Assembly (NCBI GenBank): GCA_030704615.1
Contig: CM060734.1
Location: forward strand, 46,686,001-46,750,000
DNA: 64,000 bases
Reading direction: 5' to 3'
Source of the DNA: Takakia lepidozioides
Lineage: Eukaryota; Plantae; Bryophyta
The notes under the pieces were generated by a model. That model saw only the letters and a list, made by a program, of their open reading frames with translations. It searched no databases and had not been told where the DNA came from. Positions 34,620 through 47,699 of the stretch are shown here, piece by piece; the first letter of the stretch is position 1, and every line of letters starts with the position of its first letter. The position numbers and the translations under genes are program-made.

Positions 34620-37600
34620 CTAGACCATAGCACAACTGGCCTGGTACCTCCCATGTGGAGCTTGCCTCCGCCTTCTACCATTTTGCCTCTGCCTTGCAAG
34701 TGCATTCAAGTTGGCAATGGCCAATTCATCTGCCTCACTCAAAGGAACACAAACAGCAAGCTCAGTCATGATGTTATAAGGAATTTCAGGAGGCACCATG
34801 CCTACATAAGTGTCTCCCTCACCCAGTGCCACTTCTGTAATATCGTGAACCACTGTCGGGATCGAGGGTCCTTGTGAAGGACCACCTTCCAGTTCCCTCG
34901 TGAACTTTTTTCATCCGAGAAAAAAACTTGCTCCACCTGACTAGGGAATGTCCAGGGCTGCTCCATCCGAGGTAACATGCGACTGAAGTCAACCAAGAGA
35001 AAGCCATAATCATCTCGTTTCATGGTGGCATTCCGGCCCACCATGTGTGACCTCACCCATCTACACAAGAACAGAATTGGGTGAAGAATTCCGTAATCCA
35101 GTTGAATTATTTCTGTTACAACACCCACATATTCCAATTGGGATAACACTCGTTTGGACATACCTGCTCTATTTTCGCTTTCCTGATGGAATACTTGAGC
35201 AACTCCAGAATCAAATGTCACCCTGTCTGTGGCGCCAGTCCCATCACGTATTGCTCGAAAGTGATTGCCGTAAGCATACATGGACTTGAAGCCCAAGGAC
35301 TGTACTGCTGGTGGTATACATAAATGGCATATGTCCAAATCATAGGACTCACCTGAACTCACCTTGCGTTGGACAACACCTTCAATCCATTCATGGAATG
35401 GAGCCAGTAAGCGCATATCTGTTGGGTATGAATTTCTCCATTGTGGTGGTCTTGGTCTTGTCCACAAAGGAATGTTGTTCTGAACTCAGTGCGGGATGCT
35501 TCTATGAGTGCCATCTCCTCTTCATAGGCCCTGTCCAAATGAGAATTGCAAATTAGGATTACAGCTTATACCATTGGCAGAAATGAAACACACAGGATAT
35601 GATAAGCAACATACTTACTCAAGGAATGGTTTCATGCAATCTGTGTTGTGCAAAATATACTCGTGTGCACTGTCTCGTTCTTGAATGGTGAGGACTCGTA
35701 CACTTCCCAATCCTTGAACCACCTCCCCACTAACTGAGTCTTCTTCATTGGAGTCCCACACCCTTCGGCTTGTAGCATGAAATTCAGCCATATACTCAGT
35801 TAGAAACCCTAGGGCCTCATCCAAAGCATACCCTTCCGCCATGCTCCCTTCAGGTCGGCTCATATTCCTTACATAGCCTTTTAATGTCTTCATATACCGT
35901 TCCATAGGATACATCCAACGGCTAGACACGGGACCACACACCTCCAATTCGTCCACAAGGTGTACAAGCAAGTGAGTCATGATATCAAAAAATGACGGAG
36001 GGAATTCTTTCTCCAGCAGACACATAGTGATTGCAACATCTTCTTTTAAGGCCGGTAGCTCAGTTGGATTAATGATCTTTGCACACACTTTTCGGAAGAC
36101 TCGAGAAAGCCTCATAATTGCCATCCGTGGACCCTTTCCCAATACCCCTCGAATGCAAAGAGGTAAAATCTGCTGCATCATTACATGGTAGTCATGGGTT
36201 TTCATTGTAGACAGTTTATTGTCAGCCACATGTTTCTGGAATGTGGCAGCATAACCTGTGGGGGCCTTTACTGCAGCCAATGTTTCCAAAAACAACACCT
36301 TCTCATCTTCAGTAAGAACATATGGGGCCAAAGGCTTCACCAACTTGTTCGGGTGAGAGGGATGGGGTCTCAACCACAAGTGTTCACGAATGACATTGAG
36401 TTCCATATCCTTCCTAGATGTGGCTGTGTCCTTCTCCCCAAGAATGGTTCTCAGCACATTCTCACACAAATTTTTTTCACAATGCATCACATCCAGTGTG
36501 TATCGGATGAGTAAGTCTTTCCAGTATGGCAATTGGTTCAAAACAGTGACCCGTTTCATGCCATGTTCCTTTGAAGGGTCCTGTTTTCCCCCCTCAGCCC
36601 CTCCCATTGCGAGATACAACTCTCTGGTTTTAGCCCGGTCAAATTGCTCACTTGCAGTGACCACCATAGGAGCTGCTCTATGTTCCACATGTCCATTAAA
36701 GTGGGACGAGTTATTCCTATAGGGATGAACAGCAGGCAAGTATCTCCTATGACCAAGATACAAAACTTTTTTGCATGCCTTCGAGTACCTGGAATCAACA
36801 TTAGGGCCGCAAGCTGGGCAAGCCTTGTATCCCCCGTGTGCGCATCCTGCTAGCAACCCATAAGCTGGAAAGTCGTGGATTGACCACATCAAGATGGCCC
36901 TCATGCGAAATGACTGTTGCCCCACTAGGCTACTTCCATCCAATGCCTCCACACCAACTTCCCACAACAATTTTAGCTCATCCACAAGGGGCTGCAGATA
37001 AACATCTGCATTGTCATTTCCCACAGATTGTGGTCCAGGAATCAATAAAGCCAACATCGTGAAAAATGGCTTAGTACACAGCCAGGGTGGAAGATTATAG
37101 TTTACCAACATGACAGGCCAAGTTGACCATTTGTTTGATTTATCACTGTAAGGATTGACACCATCCCATGCGAGACCCAATCGCAGATTTCTGGGGTCCG
37201 CTGCAAACTCAGGCCATTTTTGGTCAATGTGGGCCCAAGCCTTGCTGTCTGCTGGGTGCCTAACCAAGCCATCCAGACTTCGATTCTTAAAGTGCCATGA
37301 CATTAACTCTGAGATGGATTTGGCTTTATACATTCGAAGCAGCCTTGGAATGATAGGGAAATGTCGAAGGACCTTACGAGGTACTGGTGTCTTTACCCAC
37401 CACATAACGACGTGCCTGACATTTTGGACAAACCTCCAAATTCTGAAGCTCCCTTCTGAACAACACACAGCCTTTCGGACATGCATGTATACTCTCGTAA
37501 TGAAGCCCGAGTTCCATTATGAGTTGTTTTGCCTCATAGTGGGACTTTGGCAGGCAATTGTCTGCTGGCAACAGTTGTCTTCCTAACAATGTAAGGAGTT

Positions 37601-38427
37601 CATCGACAAAGGTGTTTGACACACCATGGGTTTGACAAGCATTTAACAGCAGTAAGGTAGCAGACAATCGAGAGGAAGAACTCCCTACATATAAAGCCCT
37701 GGATGCCTCGTGCTCAAAACGTAAGGCACTCGCTGCACCACGATCACCATCGCTCTTCAGTCCACCATCAGTCTGCTCTGGCACTCCATCTGTGTCCCAT
37801 TGGCCCTGTGTTCCATCTCCCGGTTCCTCATGTGCATCACCAGTTTGCACCCCATTATCTATAGTTGCGAATGTCTCCCGGAGCATTCTAAGCATGTCAA
37901 GATTACGATCCAAGGTATCAGGACCACCTGCAGGGCTGGTTTCCGTTCTAAACCCCTCATGTTCGTCTCCAGAGTTTTCCTGCTTAGTACATATCAGACG
38001 CCACATGTCAATCCACTATAAGATGGGGAGTTTTTTCATTTGCAATAGTGGATGTGGAACGTGCCATTTGTACAGGCACGTGGCAATAGGAAAACGGACA
38101 TGTACAATACTCTACACCTTACAACAATACCGCTACCAGGAATTTGAACTGTTTCTTATAATTTCAAAGTATGCATCTGCAAAGGGAAGAGAATCCAGAG
38201 ATATGCACCGGGAGTTCTCGTAAGTTAGGATCTCGCAAGTTCAAAAGCAGATGACGCTTAGCCCGGCCAATGGTTTGCCAGTTCCCACCATGACAGGCAT
38301 TGCATGGACATAGAATTTTCCGAAGACCCAGTCTTCTTGCTCGCGCTTCCTCTAGTTTCCACAATCTGTCATCGTCATGTTCTGCTTGTGTCCGCCTTTG
38401 CAATCGATGGGCAGTAGGAGGGATCAT
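34620..38427 (-). pseudogene. CACTA-1 transposase (TnpD/Tnp2: transposase-associated, Transposase_21, DUF4218- and DUF4216-like regions)
   Basis: CPCNACH..HLL; IHACPKGCVLF..CPKC; RHPADSKAW; RNLRLGLAWDGVNP; IHDFPAYG; LDVMHCEKN; GPVSSRWMYPMERYMKTLK; YVGVVTEIIQLDY..QVEQVFF. Frameshifts at about 37400 and 34850; introns near 38200 and 35617. Confidence 0.95.
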
Positions 38428-39914
38428 CTTGGCGAGTGAGTGAGACTCGTCAGGAAATGGAGACCCAAATAGAGTGTCCAGAAGTTACACCAGGGCGCAA
38501 GCCTACAGCGAGGGAGGTAGAACGAGCAAAGCGTCAAGCGGAGAACAAGGCATTCTTCGCACGACTGAAGATCTACGACATTGCAAAGAGGTCCAAACTT
38601 CGGTTTTTTTCATATCCCCTACCTAGCCCTAGCCATGAAACCGCATTAAAAGCTCCAAACCTGCAGAGAGGATATGTTAGGGTTTTGCAGCTGCTGACTT
38701 TGTCTTTCTTCTTCTTTGCAGCGTCGAAGAGAGCTTGAGTCGCCCTAAACGCCTCGTTGAGGAAATCCTCAAACACACAGGTCCTCCTCGCCGAAGTCAC
38801 AGAGTTCAACTCCTGCACTCTGCAATGTCACAAGGGGAGAAAGAGGTAGAGCAAGAGGAGGAAGCGCAGGTTCAAGCGGAGTCAGACACAGAGGAGGCAC
38901 GAGAGCAAGAATTGCAGCGAGACCAAGATTATGCCGCACATGAAGACTTCAATGAGACCAGCTCGGAGTCAGAGATGGAAACGATGAAAGAAGCCCCAAC
39001 AAAGACAAAGCGCGCAAAGCACCCTGCAAACTCCCCAACCCATCAGCAGGTTTGCGATCTGCACCAAAGTTCTGTCTCCATATGCATATGAAAAGGCAGT
39101 GAGGGTAAGAAACAATTGCAGCAAGGTTGTTGGGCATGAGTCTTGCATATGAATTTGGGTGGGAAAAGGCTCACTGGAATGTCAACTCCAGTTGCCTGCT
39201 TTCTGGCTTGGTCTGGATTGTAATGAGGCCAACAGTTGTGGGGGTCATACTTCTTCTTCAACAAAGCCAGATAGACAATGCAGCACTAGAGGCACTTGAA
39301 GTCCTTACCCCTAAACCCTCCAACATCTCTTTGCCAATTCAACTTGTGGACCATGTGCCTTTGTTTTCAGCAATGTGAGTGTTGGTACTCTTATGGTATG
39401 CTTGACTCTCCTTCATGATGGTATATAAATGTTGCCTCTTTTTCCTTTTTCATCTTGAACCCATAAACTGAGAATAGTGGTTTTGATTTGGTGATTGTCT
39501 CTCACCAATCCATGGACCAAGAAGAAGAACAACATGAACGGTAGTGACAAGCCACTTTGTCTAACTTCATTTTCATCAGAGAGAGAGAGATTGTACTCAT
39601 AAGACGTTGTTTGCCGTAGCCTTGTGGACATTGACCCCGCGCCCAGTTTGAGCGGGAACAAAAGGGACAGAACCTACCTCTGTCAGGGGCTGACGTTGGT
39701 AGTAAGACTTACCTTCATATATAGAATTAATTCGGGTTTTCCAGATATCCTCTAGAAATCCTTCTTGTATAGATTGACAATGACGCCCTGTCACCAGCGA
39801 AAGGGGATCGTTTCAGTCTTCTAGATCAGGTTAAAGAGGAGAAGTAGGGATTGAATTCTGTCTTGAAGTTGATGGATTGAACCGTCTCTGCCAACGCCTG
39901 ATTTATGTTGACAA

Positions 39915-41192
39915 CCCGCATGGGATCGCCACCGTGCTTGATAAGCTCGTTGACAATACCATCAGGTCCACCAGCTTTATATCCATTTAAATGTTCAATT
40001 GCTTCCACAATCTCAGAAGGACTAATGGGAGCGTTATAAGCCATTGAAATATACTCCAGTTCATCAGGGCTGTTTTGCATCATAGGAACAGTTTTTCCAA
40101 CTGTGTCCCTCCATTCAGTAGAAGACCCCTCACTGTTAGACCTAGAAGTTATGCCAAGGATACTGTAGTGAGTTTCAAAGGTTTTGACAATGTCAACCGA
40201 TGAAGTCACCACTGCACCTTTAGTAGTCTTCAGCGCTTGTACTTGCTGACCGTTTTTCGGCTTGTACAAATGTTGAAGGGCCAACCAGAATTTCTTGTCA
40301 TTACCACCATGGTGGTTTGAGTTTATTTCACTGTATAACTTGTCCCAGTATAATTTCTTCTGAGACCTAACAAGTTGTTTGATATCTTTACGGAGCTGGT
40401 AGTACCTCGCCCACAATTCTCTGTTGGTTTCCAAATTGCAGCACTCTTTATAGAGGGCTCGTCTCTCAGCTATCTTGAGTTTAATCTCATTGGTCCACCA
40501 ATTAACAGCTCTACCATAGACAATTAGTTTCATCCCAATGATCTTGTCAACCACGGAGGAAACAAAACTCTCCCAAGAGTCCCCTGCTCTTTCGACTTCA
40601 TTTCTTGCGTTATCAGAGCGAGACTGAAGTTCTTGGAGCGATTGGACAAAATGAGGGAGACCCTCTTGCAAGGGCTGGACATACTCAGCCTTGACCTCCT
40701 CATTATGGAGTTTTTCTATGCGCCACTTCCGAATCGAATGTTTCACATATCTCTTGGTGTTGGGAAAACACCTTTTGATCTCATTCCAAACCAGGAAATG
40801 GTCAGAGGTACCAATATCAGTTCTGTCGATCAACACATTGGCACACTGGGGGAACAAATTTTTGTCCATTATGATATAATCCACAATGGAACGTTCCCCA
40901 GTTTGGGATTTCTCACGAGTCCACTGCACTTGGTCACCTCTTGTCCTGTTATTCAAGGTCAAAAGCTGAAGATCTTCTAGACAGTTAATTAACCGTCTGC
41001 CATTAGAATTCAGTTCGTCCTCACCAAAAGGTCCAATGATATCGTCCTGATGGAGCCCTTTGCCCACCCGGGCATTGAAGTCACCCAATAGCACCACCTG
41101 ACCTTTGGCAAGGAACGAAGCACAGTCCAGCTTTACATCTTCGAAGGCTTTGTCTGCATCAGCTTGTGAGCGTCCCCTCTGTGGGCATGTAT
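39915..41192 (-). mobile_element. LINE ORF2 fragment (APE endonuclease plus linker up to the RT start) in an intron of the accessory gene
   Basis: YMPT..VVLLGDFNARVG..NSNGRRL..WTR..SIVDYII..SDHFLV; ends at KAGGPDGIVNELIK. Confidence 0.92.
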
Positions 41193-41729
41193 TGAAAGTT
41201 GGTGAACAGAGGTGCAGGGACTATGTTCTTGATGGTCCTGAAGAGGGTCGCTCTCTGATGAGAATACCCCGGACTTGTATCAGAAAATGGACATTGTCTT
41301 CAGGCCACCCACACCAGTGAGCATTGACAATCTCCCTTTCCTCTCTGCATCTGTTTATTGTTCAAAGGTAGACTCCCCATCCTGAGGTAAAATTTTCAGT
41401 CTAGTGCCAAGGGTAGGTCTGCCCTTCAGATCATCCTCAAAGTCCTCACCCATGTCACAAACTGGAAACGAGTTCAGGGAAGTTTATGCCTAACATTGTT
41501 TTGTTTGGACATTCTTCATGCTTTTGACATGGCCTTAGACACTTCAGCCTCCACGTCAGATTCATCTAGCAGGGTGAGTTCTTCCTTCCTAATATTCAGG
41601 TATTTATCATAGGGTCGCTGGTATGAGGCATGCGATTCAGCTGACTGTACCATCTGACCTTGAACTCATCATGTTGAGAGGTCAAGGCTGGTACTCCAAA
41701 CTCGCCCTGAGCAGCCACGTCAGTTGTTC

Positions 41730-41970
41730 TACAGCTTCTGGGGTCAGGGGAAAGATATGGAGGATGGTTCACAACCTGCATGCGAACACCAAAGCTTGTG
41801 TTGTGGTCAATAGCGAGAAGTCTAATTTCTTTGACATTGACCAAGGTGTAGCTCAAGGTTGTACCCTCTCCCCGCTGCTCTTCAATGTTTTCGTTTATCA
41901 GCCCTTTAAAAATTAGGAAAGCAAGAGATTTGGGTTACAGATGGGTGATGCCGCCATACCAGCACTTATG
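41730..41970 (+). mobile_element. LINE RT fragment, opposite orientation
   Basis: GVRGKIWRMVHNLH..QGVAQGCTLSPLLFNVF..MGDAAIPAL; same family as 1790-1900. Confidence 0.88.
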
Positions 41971-42309
41971 AAGAGATCAGGCCTTATCAGGCCTTGGAGT
42001 ACACATCTGCCGTGTGGGTTGGCCAACTCCAATCATGCTAAAACTTTAGAATCCATTCAGCTTTTGGTGCTCAAAGAGAGCATGTCAGCGCGTGCACCAT
42101 AAGATGTCAAGGAAGGAAACCTTTGTAGAAGGAAGGTGTCGTTCTAGGACAGAGGTTTCCTTAGAGGTTTCTTTCTTTTTTCCTTCCTTGAATAGGCCAG
42201 CTCAGGGACATGGTTGACACAGCCCTCAGGAAGCCTGCCTCACCTTCATGGAAAACACTTCCAGACTCCAAATCAACCTCAAGATGGGTGCTTATTATCC
42301 TACAGAACA

Positions 42310-42665
42310 GCTTGCAAACTGTGGTAAGAAGTGTAATGCTACGGTAGTTCCTAGGCTGTCATCTGTCACCTCAGATTGACACTGACACCCTCTCTCCAGC
42401 GAAAGGGTATCATTTCAGTCTTCCAAATAAGGTCCCAGAGGAGTGCAAGGGCATCTACCATATGATCACACCAGGCTTGACAATCGTATCAGACACACCA
42501 ACTTTATAGCCCTTTAGATGTTCTATTGCTTCAGCAATCTCAGAAGAACTAATGGGCACGTTGTACCCCTTTGTGATGCACTCCAGTTTTTCAGGGTTGT
42601 CTTGGATTGTAGACAGTCATTTCCACTGTACCCTTCCATTCTTTAGAAGACTCCTCACTGTTTAT
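42310..42665 (-). mobile_element. Additional LINE scraps (RT motif NYRSITLL; diverged duplicate of 39960-40140)
   Basis: 42488-42662 aligns with 39961-40138; 42315-42370 encodes PRNYRSITLLTTVCK. Confidence 0.7.
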
Positions 42666-45100
42666 AGGTAGGTCTGACTGACAGGGTCTTCTTGCATAGG
42701 CCTTTGGGCTTTGCTTACCCACTAGGTTTGCCATCCCTAGTAGTATGGTGGTATTGTTTCTCATGTTTATGTTGAGCAATGTGTGCAGAGTTCAGTAAAA
42801 AAAAGGAAGGGAATTGCAGGGAAGGATGCGAACGAGCATAAGTCTCTTACTCCAGCAAAGTGTGCACCAACTATTGCGCCAACTGCTGTGATGAGTGGCG
42901 CGGTTGTTCCAACTTACGAAAAACCAGCCCCGCCCACTCCACAGACTGACGTTCCAGCTCCCTTGTATCCACCAGTATCGGCTCCTCCCTCGTATCCGCT
43001 TATGTACCCGCAGTATCCTGCACATGCCGTATCCTCACTATCAACCTCCAAACAATGATCCTCAGTGCCAGAATTACAATTCTTTTGCTCCACCTGCAGG
43101 CGCTCCAATGCATGATCCTAGTCAAGGTGGGTATTCCATTTACCACCATTATGGAATGCATCCCCATAGTATGTATCCTCCTCGGCCTATGTACAACCAA
43201 CCTACTTCCTCCCTCTATCCTACCAGCCCTGCAAGACCACACCAGGGGCAGGTCCAGTATGGTGGCCACCAACCTTCAGGATCCAACTACAGTGGAGTAC
43301 AACAGCCGGCACCTTCGAGCTTCACTGCACCGCGGCCACCTCTTTATCCAACATCTCCAGGTACACCTAATACCCTGAAAGGGAAAGGCATTCTGAAACA
43401 GACCGAGGATGCATTTGCTCCGCATCATCCTGTGGGGTGGGAGACAACAGTCCAGCCCCAACAGAGTGAAGGTGGTAACATGCAAGGTACTGCTGAAACC
43501 TTGCAGGATTCCAGCCTTACTCCTGGGGGGACATCAGGTGTGACTCCTATAGAACGCAAAAATGCTTTAAGGAGGGAAAGAAGGGCACTTGCAAAAGATC
43601 TGAGAGACCAGGCTGCTCAGAATGTGGCTGTAGGGAGGAGGAAATTTTTCATTTCTTGTGATGAACTTGGAAACCCTGAAGGTCCTGCTCGGAACCAGTG
43701 GATGACAGCTCTGCGAGGGCAGTGTCAACGTTTGTTGGACTGGTCATTGTATGCTCAGGATCAACCATTACACTTAATTGAAAAGATCATGGAGATCTTG
43801 GCTTCAGATTGGGAATACGGACCTCCTGGTCTTAACATAAAGGCTATTACAAAAACAATTTGCGGGCAGCTCAAGTACCAACGAAATAAGCTGTTCAAAA
43901 ATTACTATAGTGTGGGGCTGCCCAAACCCCATCATGTGCCAGACAAGACATGGGCACAACTAGTTGTTAGTTGGGGTTCCACTGATTTCAAGAAATTCCA
44001 GGCAAATGGTGTCAAGGCGCGGGGATGTGTGAAGAATACATCTCGATCGGGTCGCAGTGGAATCAGCGGTGTTGTAGCACGACTGGTATACTTCTCTTAC
44101 AACATAGGAAGTTCCCACATTGTTTTGCATTGACAAACTTTATGTGTTGGGTTTTTTTGGATGGAGCTCATAGTCTATTCCTATATGGATGGAATTAGTA
44201 CACATTGCTACTACTTGGGGGCCTTCTCAGAGTTGGGCGCCAGCAAGAAACTAAGCACTCTTATTGAGGGGGAGTCATTGACGCTATCCTAGATAATTCT
44301 TTACTGTTGGCAGTGTGCTATGCTAGTCATTTACACTTGCAAGTTTGTTGCAATCACAGGAGAAGGAGACTGGACGTACACCAAGTTTGCAGGAGATCGC
44401 CGGTAGCGCCAGGAGTGACAAAGGCTACGGGTCGGGGTGTACAGGCAGTGCAGCCACAACGATATATAAACTCAGTACCAATTCTGGTGTGAATTACATA
44501 TTCGTGATTTCCATGCCATTGCTAGTTGCCGTTTGGTTCTCTTTTCTTACTAGTTCATCAGTCAGTGTAGTGAATTGTTACTTTGGAGGTGTTCTATGTG
44601 ATGGGGCAGGGAATTGGTTCACTAGCAGCTCGCCTCGATGCTATGGAAAACAAACAAGTGCAGATGGAAGCCAGCTCCAAGGCAGCTTTGGAAGCAGTCC
44701 AAGTCCAACTGGAGGCAGCAGCTGCATTCAACATTGCGCTCGCAACTAAACTTGGCATGAATGTGCCAGATTCACAGCCTACAGGTCCACCATGCACCAC
44801 CTTTGCGCCACATCCAACAAATGAGACTATTTCTCATGTTATGGGCTCACCACTCAACCTGTTCAAGGCAGTTTCTTCACCGCCACCAAAGCCAAACACA
44901 ATAGGCTCATTGTTTGGGCTTTCAGAAATGGAGGGGGATGATGACATGGAGGGTTGGTCTGAAGGTGAACTCAATCCATCCCCCCATATTGTTGAGGCAA
45001 CTGCAAAGTGTTCATCAGTTTTGTTGTCCCCTACACCATAGCACTGCCGGCATATGTACTACCCTCTCAATATGCCTGTGAGGTCTCCATGAATTTGCAG

Positions 45101-45838
45101 AGTGCCCCACAGAAAGGTGTGTCTTTTGTACATGATAATCATGTACAAGTTGTAGGTAATTGCCCTTCGGCAACTGAGAGGCAGAAACACATCCTTATAC
45201 TTGACTTGAATGGATTGTTATGTGAGAGCAGACTACGAACAAGGGAATACCTAGAGCCCACTGTCACCTCCAGACCTGGGTGTCAGGAGTTTCTGGACCG
45301 ATGCCTTCAGATTTTTGATGTAGGTGTATGGTCTTCCATGTCATTGAGTAATGTCCTTCCAGTTGTGAAAGCTTTGTTTCGTGGGAAGCAACCAAAGATG
45401 GTGCTTCACCAAGACTATTGTGAACAGCCTGTGGGAATGGTGGACCCTTTCAATCCTTCTAAAACTGTCATGTACAAGAACTTATGTAAGTTTTGGAAGG
45501 ACTACAGCCATTACAATCCAACCAATACTTTGCTGGTGGACGATTCCCCACTCACTTGCTTACCCAACCCTGCAAATAATTGCATCTTCCCGTATCCATG
45601 GAAGTTGAGGGATCAGCCAAATTGCAAGAGGCTTATGAAAGAATTACTGCCTTGGTTAGAGGGTGTATCCAAGGCTGCACACATCCCTGAGTATTTGATC
45701 GTTGTGTCATTCAATATACAGATGGTGAAACCAGTGAAGCGTTCAATGGACAGGGAGAGTACAATATGTGCTATCAATCAGACTACAACCACAGTGGATC
45801 TAACTGAACCACAGAGTGACCAACAAAATCCGCATAGT
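45101..45838 (+). CDS. FCP1/NIF-like HAD phosphatase domain exon inside CACTA-1 (open, phase 0 at both ends)
   Basis: ILILDLNGLL (HAD motif I variant), RPGCQEFL..FDVGVWSS, QDYC, KNLCKFW, NTLLVDDSP..NP.NNCIFP. Acceptor TTGCAG ends at 45100, donor GTAAGT starts at 45839; 738 nt. Confidence 0.85.
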
Positions 45839-47699
45839 GTAAGTACTTCATTTGTGCAATTTTGTTTCCTTGTCTGATGCTGGATCAATACACCTCTTAT
45901 GTATCGCCACATACCTGCAGGCCCAACAACCTACAAAGGTAGTTTTGTGACATCGTCCTACCACATCCATGTTACCATGCATAACCTGCTACCAACTAGG
46001 TATGGCACCGTTCCAGCTTTGATCATGTCAGCATGTAGTATAGAGACAAGCAAATGCAATTCGGAATTGGAAGTACTGCAATAGGTAGGGTTGGGGTGTT
46101 TGCTGGAAGAACTTCAATGTCATTTTGCAGGAGTGTCAAGCTGTCAGTCTCTGTTCTCCAGGGTTCATTTCTGATATAGGAATCTGGTTTTTGTTGCAGT
46201 TTCAGATCGGCGACAAGGTGTTATTGTTTGATCCTTGTGCACCAAAAAGAAGGGCAGGTGTGGGATATATTGCTGGATTTCCGAAAGCAAATGTGCCAGA
46301 CAACTATTACCGTATCCATGTGAAATCGGTCATGATTTCAGAGGTTGTGTTGCCGTACCCGGACTACTCTGTTACCCCTAATTATACCATATTGGGTGAC
46401 ACGCAGGGAAGTTCCACCTTATGGTCTGAAAAGATTCTTAAACACGCGTGATATTGAAGGTGCTACAAGTTTAGTTTAGTTTTCTTTATGGATTGAGGGT
46501 TGCTGAGACAGGTGAACAAAACAGCTCTTCTCACATGAACAGTATTTTTTGAATTGATGCTCTTGCTATTCTCATGTATGATCACAAGATCCCCTTGTTC
46601 AAGGGCAACTTCATTTTCCCACATCAAGCCAAATTTTTCTTGTGTAGACATGAATGTGGTATTTTGTTGGTTGTTTGCAATATTTAATATTAATAACATT
46701 ACTATTGGTCAATGTGGTTAATAATACAATTATTATCCCCGTTTTAAATAAGCTTTTGTTTAAATAAAACAAAACAAATAATAATTCTAAAATAATAATA
46801 TATTACATATTAAATCAAGCAGCCAATGGCTTTTGGGGTGCTATCCCATTTATTATAAGAATAAGAATAATAATAATATGACTATTCATTTTGGCATTTA
46901 TCAACAAATAATAATTGTTTACTTTTCGTCCAATAGGAACAAAACAATGGATATGACAGTATTCACACTAGTGTCATTGCGATCACACCACGACTTGAAC
47001 CTGGTGTTAAATCTGTGTGAGAGAATCCGTAAGAAGAGCCCTTAATATCTATTATTTATTTAATAATTCTGATGGACTCTATTACGTGGCATTCCCTTTG
47101 ACATACATGGTGGCAATGAGGTGTAATAAGTACCGTAGAAAGACCATTAAGATTACTTAGTCAAAATAGTAGTTGAACTAACCAGTCAAAACGGCCGTCA
47201 AAATATCCGTCAAAAGAGCCACCTAAACCTACTGCCACATCAGGTGCAAGTTTGGTGTGAGATGGTTTTTTTCACAGGACCAAGAAAGTTCACATGTGGT
47301 GCAAAGGACTAGGTTAACCTAACACCAAGGGGGGGTGTGAACTTGGGCTCTTTTCACACCAAAATGTGTGAGAAGAGCCGTTAAAAAAACCGGTTTCTGT
47401 ATTAGTGGAGTACAGGTGGTGATATACCATAAGACTACAAATGTTTTTAAGTCCTAGAATGGGCAAGACATAAGGCCATGAAAGTCACAATCCGCAATCT
47501 AAGATTAAGCCGTTGAAGAGAAGAGGATGAAGTTGAAGTAGATCGGCTAAGAAGATCAGGACATCACCCCACCGTACGTCCCTCCACATTGATGCACGTG
47601 AGATCAAAGACTAACTCGGAATGCACCAGATCCGTCAAAGAAACCGGTTTATTCCGCACTTCAGTATTGGACCCCTGTGGAAGAAGAAGAGCACGTTGC

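Larger units (their letters stand above)
38457..46451 (+). pseudogene. CACTA-1 TnpA-like accessory gene (multi-exon; Ptta/Transposase_24-like, coiled coil, FCP1-like exon, C-terminal Tnp1-like domain)
   Basis: Approximate exons 38457-38590, 38722-39049, 42789-44085, ~44350-44475, 44610-~45007, 45101-45838 and 46200-46451. PHHVPDKTWAQLVVSW..NG.KARG..SRSGRSG is Ptta-like. Exon-by-exon homology with 51907-56219. Frameshift near 43000. Confidence 0.8.
31726..47407. mobile_element. CACTA (En/Spm) DNA transposon CACTA-1, complete, 15,682 bp
   Basis: 23-bp TIRs CACTACTACAAAAACCGGTTTTT / CACTAATACAGAAACCGGTTTTT (2 mismatches); 3-bp TSD GAG at 31723-31725 and 47408-47410. The empty site CCGTGTAGG-GAG-TACAGG is visible in copy A at about 7042-7059. 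Confidence 0.95.
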
